Source: a virus (lineage: Duplodnaviria > Caudoviricetes). Taken from it: DNA of 57,759 nt. Below are positions 10,953 to 19,903 of this stretch, in pieces (the stretch's first letter is position 1; every line of letters starts with the position of its first letter). The notes beneath the pieces are model-generated. The model made no database searches. It was not told the DNA's origin and saw nothing but the letters and a program-made list of their open reading frames with translations. A program made the translations under genes and the position numbers. The stretch spans positions 1 to 57,759 of IMG/VR virus record IMGVR_UViG_3300048930_001334; one strand, written 5' to 3'.

Positions 10953-12476
10953 TCAGTTGATGCCGTAACGGGTGGTGCGGATCTGGTTGATGCCGGCCTG
11001 AATTTCATTGGCGCGCACGGCGTCACCTGAGCGGAGCGCGGCGGCGTGGGCTTGGCGCAGGCGCTGCACGTCATGGTCTTTTTGGAAGTTCGCCAGTGCC
11101 TCGCGGTTCTTGCGGGTCTGTTCTTGGATCTGCTGCATGGTCGGCGGCTGGTAGGCCGGCGCCTTTGGCGTGGCCTTCGGTGCTGGTGCAGCGGTTGGCG
11201 CTTCTGCCGGCGAACCGCCTGCGGCCTGCTTTCCTGCCCCGGCAGACGGTGAAGAGCCACCAGCCAAGCCCAGCGGGTCGGCCGCCTGCCCTTTGCCGCC
11301 AGGGATGTACGGATTCAGCAGGTTGCGGTACTGGATGCTCAGGGCGGCGCGTTGCTCGATGAGTTTCTGCGCGCCGGGGTTGTTCGGGTCGAACATGCCT
11401 TCGGCCATGGCCTTGTTCAGCGCGTTGTCCACCGACTTGATCTGGTCGGCCAGCGCCTGGGCGTTGAGCTTGACGGCTGGCGGGATCTTGGCATCCTCCA
11501 TCGTGATCTTGTGCTGCGCCTGCAGACGCCCCTCCTGCGCCTGCTGAATCGCCAGCATCCGGTCGCGGTACTGCAACTGGCTTTCAGTCTCGCGCTTGCG
11601 CAGGTCAAAGTCGCGGTCGGCGTTGGCCTGGGTCTGCTTGCGCTGGGCGTCCTCCACGATCCAGCCGATCTTGGTTTCAACCGGTGCGCGCATCACGCGT
11701 TGCATGAACTGCGCCTTGCCGGCGTCGGAGTTCTCGAAGGTGGCCAGCACGCGGGCTTGACCATCGGCACCCTGGCCGACGAAATCCACCGTCTTGCCGT
11801 CCTTGCCGGGGACCGCGGTGACGTTCACGCCAGAAAGCCCGCCGACCTGGGTTTCTGTCAGCACCTGCGCAGCGGCGGCCGTCCAGTCCGGTGCATTGGC
11901 AAACTTCTCGCCCAGCGCGCGGTTGAACTGCTCGTCGGCGAACTTGAGTTCGGCCGCCTGCAGGCCCAGCCGCTTGGCCTTCTGGTCCAGCAGGTTGGTT
12001 TCCATGGTGCTGGCACGCTCGATCTGGCCGTTCTTCATCAGCGCATCAGCCACCCGCTGGTTGCGGGCGTCGGGCGTGTTCATGCCTTCGGCTGTGGCGC
12101 CGATCTGGTGGCCGCGCGCCATCTGGCCGGTCACGGCGGTCGATGCTTGCTGCACCGGTGCGGCGCCGGTCAGTTCGGCCTCGTTCTCCAGCAGCTTCTG
12201 CATGGCGGCTGCGTTCTCGGCCGACTGGCTGAACACCCGCGTATCACCGGCTTTCGTCTCGGTCCCGGCCACCGTGTCGCGCACGGCTGCTGCGTCTTTC
12301 AGGTCCGCCTTGAGATTGTCCGCCTCTTGCCAGTCCTGGCGATGGCGGTTGCGCTGCTCTTCCAGCCATGCGTCCTGCTTGGCCTGGCGTGCCTTGCGTT
12401 CGTTCTCTTCCCTAGCTGAAACCATGCCAGTACCGACACCGGCCAAGATAGCGGCCATGCCGCGAAGTGCGCTCAT
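10953..12476 (-). CDS. Putative internal virion (ejection) protein
   Basis: 507 aa, Ala/Gln-rich and helical-looking, Gly-rich N-terminus; directly upstream of the giant protein with coupled start/stop. Confidence 0.65.
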   Translation of the reverse strand: MSALRGMAAILAGVGTGMVSAREENERKARQAKQDAWLEEQRNRHRQDWQEADNLKADLKDAAAVRDTVAGTETKAGDTRVFSQSAENAAAMQKLLENEAELTGAAPVQQASTAVTGQMARGHQIGATAEGMNTPDARNQRVADALMKNGQIERASTMETNLLDQKAKRLGLQAAELKFADEQFNRALGEKFANAPDWTAAAAQVLTETQVGGLSGVNVTAVPGKDGKTVDFVGQGADGQARVLATFENSDAGKAQFMQRVMRAPVETKIGWIVEDAQRKQTQANADRDFDLRKRETESQLQYRDRMLAIQQAQEGRLQAQHKITMEDAKIPPAVKLNAQALADQIKSVDNALNKAMAEGMFDPNNPGAQKLIEQRAALSIQYRNLLNPYIPGGKGQAADPLGLAGGSSPSAGAGKQAAGGSPAEAPTAAPAPKATPKAPAYQPPTMQQIQEQTRKNREALANFQKDHDVQRLRQAHAAALRSGDAVRANEIQAGINQIRTTRYGIN

Positions 12477-13597
12477 GCTTTTGCTCCTTCAACCTTCTTT
12501 GTCAGCTTGTCCACCTTGCGCGCGAGTGCGGCGGTGGCGGCCATGTTCACGCCGTTGAGGCTGATGAGGTCCACCATCTTCCCGCCCGGCGCGGCCTGCT
12601 CGCCCATTTTCTTCTGCACATGCTGCGCCATGGGGCCAACGTGCGAACCACCATCACCGGCGCCGTCCTTGTATTTCCAGCTCGACACCGGCGTGTCCTT
12701 CACGGCTTCCAGCGCGGCCTCGTCGGACACCGGCTTGATGTCCTTCTTCTTGTTCTTGTCGGACGTTCCCCACAGCTTGGCGGCCGACATGCCGATGGTT
12801 GCAAGGTCGCCCATCAGGCCGCTGTTGGCCTGGCTCTCAATCTGTGCCGCCTGCCCGTACAACTGGCCGGCGCTGTTGTTGCCGGAAATGGCCGTGTTGA
12901 AGCCCTGCCCTGCGGTCTGCACGGCTGCATTCGACTGCGCCAGCGGAACACCGGCATTGCTCACAGCCGAATTGCCGGCGTTGAGCGCCACACCGGCGCT
13001 GGTTGCCTGGTTCGATGCCAGATTGCGCCCCAGGTTGGCAGCATCCATCTTGCGGGCGTAGCCCTGCATCTCAACGGTGTCGCGGGCCTTGTTGGCTGCG
13101 CCGGCCTTGCCAAGTGCTTCTGCCATCGACATCTGGCTGTCCAGCGCAACCGACTTTCCGCTACTCGGGTTCACGCCCATGCGCTGCTGCTGGCGGGTCT
13201 GCGCTTGCTTTGCCAGCCCAACCTGCATACCGACATCGGCAACAGCCTCGGATGCCGCAGCTTCGCGCTTGGCCGGCGTGTCGTAGGCTTGCGCATCGGC
13301 CACGATGTCCTGCTCCAGCGGCCGGTACGTGTCCTTCTGGTAGTTCCAGTAGTCCTGGCTGATCTCGTCGTTCAGCTTTGACGATGCCAGTTGCTGGTTT
13401 GCAACGTCCATGGCGATGGCGGCGGCTGCTTCGCGCTGTGGAGCCTGCTCGGCATAGACCTGCTTGTAGAAGGCCAATGATTCCTTGGACAGTGCTGCGT
13501 TTGCTTGGGCTGCTGCGTTCATGCCACTGGTGTCCGGTGCATCAGCGCATGAAGCGTGCCATCCGATGGCGCGGCGCTTTTCTTCAATCGGGTTCAT
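12473..13597 (-). CDS. Putative ejection protein with C-terminal peptidase S74-like intramolecular chaperone domain
   Basis: 374 aa Ala/Gln/Asn-rich body followed by SDKNKKKDIK...WKYK...HVGPMAQ...coiled coil, resembling the S74 SD-x-x-x-K signature. Confidence 0.7.
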   Translation of the reverse strand: MNPIEEKRRAIGWHASCADAPDTSGMNAAAQANAALSKESLAFYKQVYAEQAPQREAAAAIAMDVANQQLASSKLNDEISQDYWNYQKDTYRPLEQDIVADAQAYDTPAKREAAASEAVADVGMQVGLAKQAQTRQQQRMGVNPSSGKSVALDSQMSMAEALGKAGAANKARDTVEMQGYARKMDAANLGRNLASNQATSAGVALNAGNSAVSNAGVPLAQSNAAVQTAGQGFNTAISGNNSAGQLYGQAAQIESQANSGLMGDLATIGMSAAKLWGTSDKNKKKDIKPVSDEAALEAVKDTPVSSWKYKDGAGDGGSHVGPMAQHVQKKMGEQAAPGGKMVDLISLNGVNMAATAALARKVDKLTKKVEGAKA

Positions 13598-14196
13598 GCC
13601 GACTCCTTGTAGAACTTGACCATCTGAATCCCGAACGGCTCGTATCCCATCCGGCGCAGCAGCACGTCAGCCCGGTTCACGAGCTTGCTGTTGGAGCGGA
13701 TCTCGGTGATCCCGATGGAGGTCAGCGCCTGCTCGGCAAAGCGCAGCAGGGCCATGACCAGAAAGCCGCCGCGGTGCTCGGGCAGCAGGAAAATGGTGTC
13801 TTCGGTAGCCACCGGCGTCTGGGTGTGCAGGCTGTTGCTGACGAACATCCGCATGTTCCCGACCAGTGCGCCGGCCTTGCGCACGGTGAACTGCACCATG
13901 CCGCCGGCCGCCTCGATGGCGGCGTAGCGCTGGTAGTCCGGGTTGAGTTTCAAGCCATGGCGGAACTTTTCGGTTTCCAGCCAGTGAGCCTCGTGCAGCG
14001 GGTGCAGTTCCTGCACGATGTCCGCGAACCGCTCGGCACGGATCTGGTAGCCCTGGTGCTCCACCTCGCCAAACGAGGCCGGGTTGATGGCCTCGCCACC
14101 GTCAACGGCCGCAAGCTCAACCTCGCAAGCGAGTTCCGGCGTCAGCATCTTGCCGATGTTCGCGCTCAGGACTTTGCGGATGCTGGGGGTTGTCAC
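13594..14196 (-). CDS. GNAT-family acetyltransferase
   Basis: Motif-A-like DTIFLLPEHRGG and C-terminal LLRRMGYEP. Confidence 0.75.
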   Translation of the reverse strand: MTTPSIRKVLSANIGKMLTPELACEVELAAVDGGEAINPASFGEVEHQGYQIRAERFADIVQELHPLHEAHWLETEKFRHGLKLNPDYQRYAAIEAAGGMVQFTVRKAGALVGNMRMFVSNSLHTQTPVATEDTIFLLPEHRGGFLVMALLRFAEQALTSIGITEIRSNSKLVNRADVLLRRMGYEPFGIQMVKFYKESA

Positions 14197-14235
14197 GGTA
14201 GGGCCTTGAAGCGGCCCGCCGTGGGCCTGGGCGGC

Positions 14236-14269
14236 ATAGTGCCCAGACCGCGCTCGGAGTCAACGTGTC
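14236..14269 (-). promoter_or_regulatory. Phage-specific (putative late) promoter for the GNAT/ejection operon
   Basis: Minus strand GACACG-TTGACT-CCG, 16-bp spacer, CACTAT. The 15-mer is identical at 28071 and 37010. Confidence 0.7.
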
Positions 14270-14906
14270 ACCAGACCGGCACAGCCTCCACCTCTTCTGG
14301 TGTGGTCGCTGCGGCAAGCTGGGCCTTGAGCGCCTGGGCGTGGTTGAAGTTGGACGTGCCCTGCGCCACCATGGCGCCGTAGAACTGGCCCCAGGTCGCC
14401 AGATCTGGGATCGGCAGGATCGTGTTGTCCATCGCCTTCCATCCGCCAGGCCAGCCGCCGGGCATGGCGCCCAGCATCAGGATCGCACCGTGCGCCGCGT
14501 CAATGTCGCTTCGGCTCAATGGGTCCACCGCGATCTGCTTGCCTGCAAAGACGAAATGGGACTGGTTGGCGCGCAGTCGCGCGGCATTGATCGCTGCGTT
14601 CTTGGCCGCTTTCAGATCGGACAGCGATGAAGCGGGGTCAGGAACACTGCGAACGTCACCACCGATCAGCGGGCTTTCCGGATGCGTTGCCAGCGACTGC
14701 TCGGGGTTTCCGACATCAAAATCCGATCCGAACACCACAACCGTGCGTGCGTCGGGCTCTCGCTGGGCTGTGAAGTCCTCCAGACGAACCCATGAGAAGA
14801 CGGTGACGGTCACAGAGTCTTCGGACAGCAGCGCCCCGCCAGGTGCGTGGTACTCGACATTCATGCCGTTGGCCACGGCAGGCAACGCGATGTATTTCAG
14901 GATCAT
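14268..14906 (-). CDS. Tail fibre assembly/chaperone-like protein (DUF4376-like)
   Basis: Start set at ATG 14906 (ATGA overlap with the tail fibre stop). C-terminal pattern AAINAARL...WKAMDN...LKAQLAAATTPEEVEAVPVW. Confidence 0.7.
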   Translation of the reverse strand: MILKYIALPAVANGMNVEYHAPGGALLSEDSVTVTVFSWVRLEDFTAQREPDARTVVVFGSDFDVGNPEQSLATHPESPLIGGDVRSVPDPASSLSDLKAAKNAAINAARLRANQSHFVFAGKQIAVDPLSRSDIDAAHGAILMLGAMPGGWPGGWKAMDNTILPIPDLATWGQFYGAMVAQGTSNFNHAQALKAQLAAATTPEEVEAVPVW

Positions 14907-17900
14907 GGCGTCGTCCCCTGATCGGCAGATGAGTGCGTAGTGGTTCCGGAAAGCGTGACACTGGTCGTCGCCACCGTCGTGATGACCCCGGTTGACCGCT
15001 GGCGCAGTTTTGTCGTGATGCTGAACGTGCATGTGCGCGTTCCGGCCGGATCGGAGACTGAGGAAACGTCCATCCAGATGTCGGCCTTGCGCGTCCAGTT
15101 CATCCACTTCCATGTACCTGCCGTCACGTCCATCTTGACGGTGGCCGATGGACCGCTACCGCCCATCGTGCGCGGAGACACCTCAAACAGGATGTCGTAG
15201 TTACCGGCCTGCCCCGAGCTGACCGGGGACCCTTGCAGCCAGCTTCCGGTAAGGGTTGTTGTCCCGTTGCGCGTCAGGCTCCATGTGCCGTTGGTCTTGA
15301 ACTCCAGCTTGACGCCAGGTACAGCGAAGGTGGAGCCGGTGACGGATGACGCAGCCGACGACGGTACGGTTTGAACGGCCTCAAGCTGCCCAAGCTCTGG
15401 TGCCAGTTGGACCTTCTGGAGCTTGAACACACTTCCTCGCCGGAGGATGTTTGATGCGGTCCCGCTTGCACGCCGAAACTGCACTTTCATCTGACCTGCC
15501 GATGCGGTGTAGATGAACGCCTTGATGTGCTGGTTCATGCCGAATGGCGTTCCACCAATCCCAGTAGCAGCCTGCCGGCACACGAACTCCATGCGGCCAT
15601 TTGCATCGAGCTGGTACACCTCTTTGACAACTGCGGCGGGGGTAGAACCGAGGTTCCCTGAGAGCTGGGTGGAGATTCCGTTTCCGACCGACCCGGACGG
15701 CGGCAGCAGTCCGATGCTCCAGTCCTTGAAATCGCCGTTCGGGCCATCGACACGAGCGATAGCATCGAACTCGTAGTAGCTGTCCGCATCCAGCGTCCAC
15801 ACCACGCCCTGCACATCGGCCCAGGTTGTGGATGCCTGGCTCTGGTCAGACCGAACAGCGATGGATGGCGGTGAAAACGCAATCGTCACGCTCACGTCAT
15901 CGCTGTCCATGTCGATCAGGTAGCCCGGCACCAGGCTCTTGATCGTCGCGGTGTTTGTCGCTGGGTCGGGATCGGCGACGAGCGACACGCCGGTTTCGTC
16001 AGCTTGCTGCAGGGTCGTGACCCACGGCGGAACCGCGTCACCGACTGCAGTCAGCAGCACGCGCCCGGTGCCACTCTTGACGACGGCGCCCTTGAACTCG
16101 CTTGACCCATCGTACCTGAGTCGGAACCCGTATGGCTCGGAAGGCGTATCGAAGGTGTGCGACTCGACGGAATCGGCGGTTACGCGCACGCCTCCGATCT
16201 GCCCGGTTCCGTCGCTGTTCAGGCGCGTGCCGGACTCGCCCAGCACGTAGCTGTTGGACTGCAGGTAGTTGCTGCCGATGGTCCAGCCTCCGATGGCGCC
16301 CTGGCTGGCGAAGATCGTGCCGCGCACCACCACGCCGGAAAATTCAGCCGTTCCGTCGCCGTTGATGCGCCAGCCGCTGGAGCCGGCGACGTAGCCGGTG
16401 CTCTGGGCGTATTGCCCGACCGCCACCGACCCGGCCGTCAGCTTCGACACCGACAGGCTGGCGATCTTGGCGTCATCAACTGCCAGGTTGGCGATCTTCG
16501 CGTTCGTGATCGTGCCGTTCATGATGAACGCCGATTCGGCGTACATGCCGGCCGGGACCGCCACGCCGTTGACCGTCGTCGGCACGGCCTGCACCACAAA
16601 TGGTAGGGTCTGTGGAGTCGTGCTCCACGCGCTGCCGGTCCAATACTGCACCAGCCCGGTCGTGCTGTTGCGCCACACGAAGCCCTTGTAGAGGCCGGTG
16701 GACGGTGCCGTGGCCTGGTTTACCGTGGGCGGCGCCACGAAGAACTGGCCAGCCTGGATGCCGAAGGCGCTGGTCGGAGCGGAGTTGTTCGCGGTGCTGG
16801 CCAGGCCGTAGCCCGAGATCAGGTTGCCGACATCGGCCTTGAGCGTGTACTGCGCGTACAGCTCGCCGGTCTGGGTGGCGCGGGTGGTGGCCTCTGCACT
16901 GATGGCAGCGGATAACGAAGAGTTGACGGATGAAACAAGGGTCGATGCGGCCGATGCTGCCGCGGACACAGCATCCGCCTCGGCCTGGTCCACGTAGGCG
17001 ACACTGGCCTTGCTCGCCAGCCCGGTTGCCGGATCTTCGACAGCGGCCTTGAACGCCGTGTAGTTGTTCGAGAGCGCCGTGACGGTTCCGCTCAGGTTGC
17101 TGACGTTCGTGTTCGTCGTGTTCAGCGCGCTGGCATCGGCCTTGGTTCCGGCCAGCGTGTTCGCTGCGTTGGCGGTGGCCTGTGCCGCGTCCGCCAGCGC
17201 CTTGGCCTTGGCTGCAATCGCGTTCAGCAGCGCCGTGCGTGCGGTGTAGAGGTTCTGCCAGTTGCTACGGAAGGTGGCGCCGACGATGGTTGTCGTCGCG
17301 CTCAGGTTCGCATCGCTGATCCAGGATGGAACGCCGCTGGTCCAGGTCGCCCCGGCGTTCAGGTAGTTCGCCAGGGTCTGGAATGCATTGTTGTAGGCCG
17401 TGTTCTCGGTCGTGACTGAGAAGGTGCTGGCCTGCGTGTTGATGCCTGCCTTCTCGGCGGCCACCACGTTCCACTCGCTGCGAACCGATTGCTTCTCGAC
17501 CGGTGTCAGCTTCGCGTCACTGGCGATGTCGGCCAGCAACGTGTTGGCCGTGGCAGCACTGGTGGTGGCGCTGTTCGCGGTGGTCTGGGCCGCTGCCGCT
17601 GCCGTCGCTGCGTTGTTGGCAGCGGTCTGAGCCGCTGTGACGTTGGTGTTCGTCGTGGCCAGCGAGCTGTTCAGGTTCGTGATCGATGTCGCCTGGCTGG
17701 TGTTCGTGTTCTCGGTTGCGGTCACGCGCGTATCCAGCGCGCTCAGTGCGCTGGCGTCCGCCTTTGTTGCCACCGTGCTGTTCGTCGTGGCCAGCGAGTT
17801 CTGCAGGTCGGTGATGCTGCTACCCTGGGTCGTGTTGACGCCCTCGGCGCTGGTCACGCGCGTTGTCAGCGCCGTGAGCGCGGATGCATCAGCCTTGGTG

Positions 17901-19903
17901 GACAGCGTGCTGTTGATCGTCGTCACGCTGTTTTGCAGCGAGGTGATCGAGGAGCCCTGCGACGTGTTCACACCCTCTGCCGATGTGACTCGTGTTTCCA
18001 GTGCGCTCAAGGCGGACGAATCAGCCTTGCCTGCAATTGCGGCGTTCAGAGAAACGATGTCCTGCGCGTTGGCGTCATCCCCTGCGATCATGGCTGTCTG
18101 CAGCGCCTGCAGCTGCGCACTCGACGCGCCCGGGCTCGGCCGCCCGATGGCCACCCAATCCAGCTCGAAATAGTCGGTCGGCGTGATCGAGCCGGACGCA
18201 TCGAAACGGATCTGGCGGATCGTGGCGCTGGTCCATCCGGCCGGCATGTTGAACGTCACCAGGCCGATGCCGTTGGCGTCGTAGGTTGGCTCGGCCACGG
18301 CCAGTGACTTGGCGACGTTGTAGGTCGCGTCGGTGGTCGTGATGAAGTAGATCGCCCCCTCCCAGGTTGGCGATCCGACCTTGCGCACGCGCATGCGAAC
18401 CTGTGGGTATTTCGATCCATTGATGCCCAGGTTGTCCGGGCTGATGAAATAGCGGTCGGTCAACGTGCCGGAGTTGGACACCAGCCGCAACCAGCCGGCC
18501 ACGGCAGACAGCGTGGAGCCCGTGCTGTTGGTGGTCCAGCTCTCGGTGCCGGCGTCGTAGTACCAGATGTTGGAGTAGTCGAACTGCTCGCCCGCGCCGG
18601 CTGAAAGCAGCGTGATCTGCTGCGCCAGCGCGTTGTCTGCGGCGGCGCTCGTCTCGCGCATCTGGTACAGCAGGCCAGATGACAGCATGTTCAGATCGGT
18701 GGCTGTGCTTCCGCCTGTGAGTTGTGAGCGCAGCGTGCTGGCGCTGGTGGCGATGGCGCTGTCGATGGTCGCCTTGGCGTAGGTGTAGTTCTGAGCGGCG
18801 GCCAGAGTCGTGCTGTCAGCGGCGGCGAACTCGGCGCGCAGCGTGTTCAGAGTGGCCGTGTCGGCGGCGTCGATGGCCGACCGGCTGTAGGTGAAGCTCT
18901 GCGCGCTGGCCAGCGTCGCGGCGTCTGCCGCCTGGAAGTTGGTCGTCAGCTGCGTGCCAAGGGCCGCAATCGCGCTGTTGATCTCGGTCTTGGAGAAGGT
19001 GTAGCTGTTGGCGCTGGCCAGGACGGCGGCGTCGGCCGACTGGAACGCGCTGGTCAGCGCGGTGACGACAGCGGCATCTGCGGTGGCAAGGTCGTCTCGA
19101 ATCGCCGTGTCCACGGCACTGATCGCGGCAACGCGGTTGCCCACCTCGGCGGCGAGATCGGCCGCGGCAGCATCGGCTGCAGCCTGGATGGCGTCTGCCC
19201 GGTCCTGTGCCTCGTCAGCGTCAGCCTGCGCCCGGTCGAGGATTTCTTGTGCCAGCGCGCTGGCGATGCCCGGGATCTGGCTGATCGGCGTGCTCAGGCT
19301 GGTTGACAGCTCGCTGCTTGTGATCTGGCCGGTCAGCGCCTCCAGCAGGCTCGACACGTCCTGCCCGGTTGTGGCCGCCACTCCGTTCGTTCCACCGGCG
19401 GGCGTTGCACTGAGCACGCCGTCCACGCTCTCCCACTTGATCCACAGGTGCCAGGTGGTGGCCGGGTTGCTCGGCATGCCCCAGATCGTTCCGTCAAACT
19501 GGCCAACCTCGATGGCATCGGCAAATACAGGCAGCGGATCACCTGGGTCGCCATGGATAGCGCCATAGACGTGCGTGCGCAGATGCCCGTGACCCTGGGT
19601 GTAGAACGGCTGGGCCTGCTCGATCAGGATGTGCGAGATCGCGGGCGTGGCCATGAACGCGCCGGGCTGCGGCGGCGGCGTCAGGTCGGGCTCGTATGGT
19701 GCGGCACTTCCACCGCCAATGCCTGGGCCGGGGATCAGACCGCCGCCAGGCCCAGGCACGATCACGCCGGACTCGATGGCATCTGCCAGGGTCAGGGCTC
19801 GCTCGCGGCCGTTCCCGAGCTTGCCCATGAGCACATGCATCTCTTCGCGCAGGCGCGAGAGGTAGTTCGGGCTGTTCGGGTTGGGTAGGTCTTTGCGTGC
19901 CAT
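14903..19903 (-). CDS. Long tail fibre / host-specificity protein
   Basis: 1666 aa with coiled-coil repeats (ADASALSAL.TRVT.AE), J-like segment YTLKADVGNLISGYGL...GTITNAKIANLAVDDAKI and beta-rich C-terminus. Confidence 0.8.
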   Translation of the reverse strand: MARKDLPNPNSPNYLSRLREEMHVLMGKLGNGRERALTLADAIESGVIVPGPGGGLIPGPGIGGGSAAPYEPDLTPPPQPGAFMATPAISHILIEQAQPFYTQGHGHLRTHVYGAIHGDPGDPLPVFADAIEVGQFDGTIWGMPSNPATTWHLWIKWESVDGVLSATPAGGTNGVAATTGQDVSSLLEALTGQITSSELSTSLSTPISQIPGIASALAQEILDRAQADADEAQDRADAIQAAADAAAADLAAEVGNRVAAISAVDTAIRDDLATADAAVVTALTSAFQSADAAVLASANSYTFSKTEINSAIAALGTQLTTNFQAADAATLASAQSFTYSRSAIDAADTATLNTLRAEFAAADSTTLAAAQNYTYAKATIDSAIATSASTLRSQLTGGSTATDLNMLSSGLLYQMRETSAAADNALAQQITLLSAGAGEQFDYSNIWYYDAGTESWTTNSTGSTLSAVAGWLRLVSNSGTLTDRYFISPDNLGINGSKYPQVRMRVRKVGSPTWEGAIYFITTTDATYNVAKSLAVAEPTYDANGIGLVTFNMPAGWTSATIRQIRFDASGSITPTDYFELDWVAIGRPSPGASSAQLQALQTAMIAGDDANAQDIVSLNAAIAGKADSSALSALETRVTSAEGVNTSQGSSITSLQNSVTTINSTLSTKADASALTALTTRVTSAEGVNTTQGSSITDLQNSLATTNSTVATKADASALSALDTRVTATENTNTSQATSITNLNSSLATTNTNVTAAQTAANNAATAAAAAQTTANSATTSAATANTLLADIASDAKLTPVEKQSVRSEWNVVAAEKAGINTQASTFSVTTENTAYNNAFQTLANYLNAGATWTSGVPSWISDANLSATTTIVGATFRSNWQNLYTARTALLNAIAAKAKALADAAQATANAANTLAGTKADASALNTTNTNVSNLSGTVTALSNNYTAFKAAVEDPATGLASKASVAYVDQAEADAVSAAASAASTLVSSVNSSLSAAISAEATTRATQTGELYAQYTLKADVGNLISGYGLASTANNSAPTSAFGIQAGQFFVAPPTVNQATAPSTGLYKGFVWRNSTTGLVQYWTGSAWSTTPQTLPFVVQAVPTTVNGVAVPAGMYAESAFIMNGTITNAKIANLAVDDAKIASLSVSKLTAGSVAVGQYAQSTGYVAGSSGWRINGDGTAEFSGVVVRGTIFASQGAIGGWTIGSNYLQSNSYVLGESGTRLNSDGTGQIGGVRVTADSVESHTFDTPSEPYGFRLRYDGSSEFKGAVVKSGTGRVLLTAVGDAVPPWVTTLQQADETGVSLVADPDPATNTATIKSLVPGYLIDMDSDDVSVTIAFSPPSIAVRSDQSQASTTWADVQGVVWTLDADSYYEFDAIARVDGPNGDFKDWSIGLLPPSGSVGNGISTQLSGNLGSTPAAVVKEVYQLDANGRMEFVCRQAATGIGGTPFGMNQHIKAFIYTASAGQMKVQFRRASGTASNILRRGSVFKLQKVQLAPELGQLEAVQTVPSSAASSVTGSTFAVPGVKLEFKTNGTWSLTRNGTTTLTGSWLQGSPVSSGQAGNYDILFEVSPRTMGGSGPSATVKMDVTAGTWKWMNWTRKADIWMDVSSVSDPAGTRTCTFSITTKLRQRSTGVITTVATTSVTLSGTTTHSSADQGTTP

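Noticed and set aside
14903-19903. Diversity-generating retroelement or shufflon acting on the tail fibre
   Set aside because: No reverse transcriptase, no adenine-variant TR/VR pair and no inverted alternative C-termini seen.
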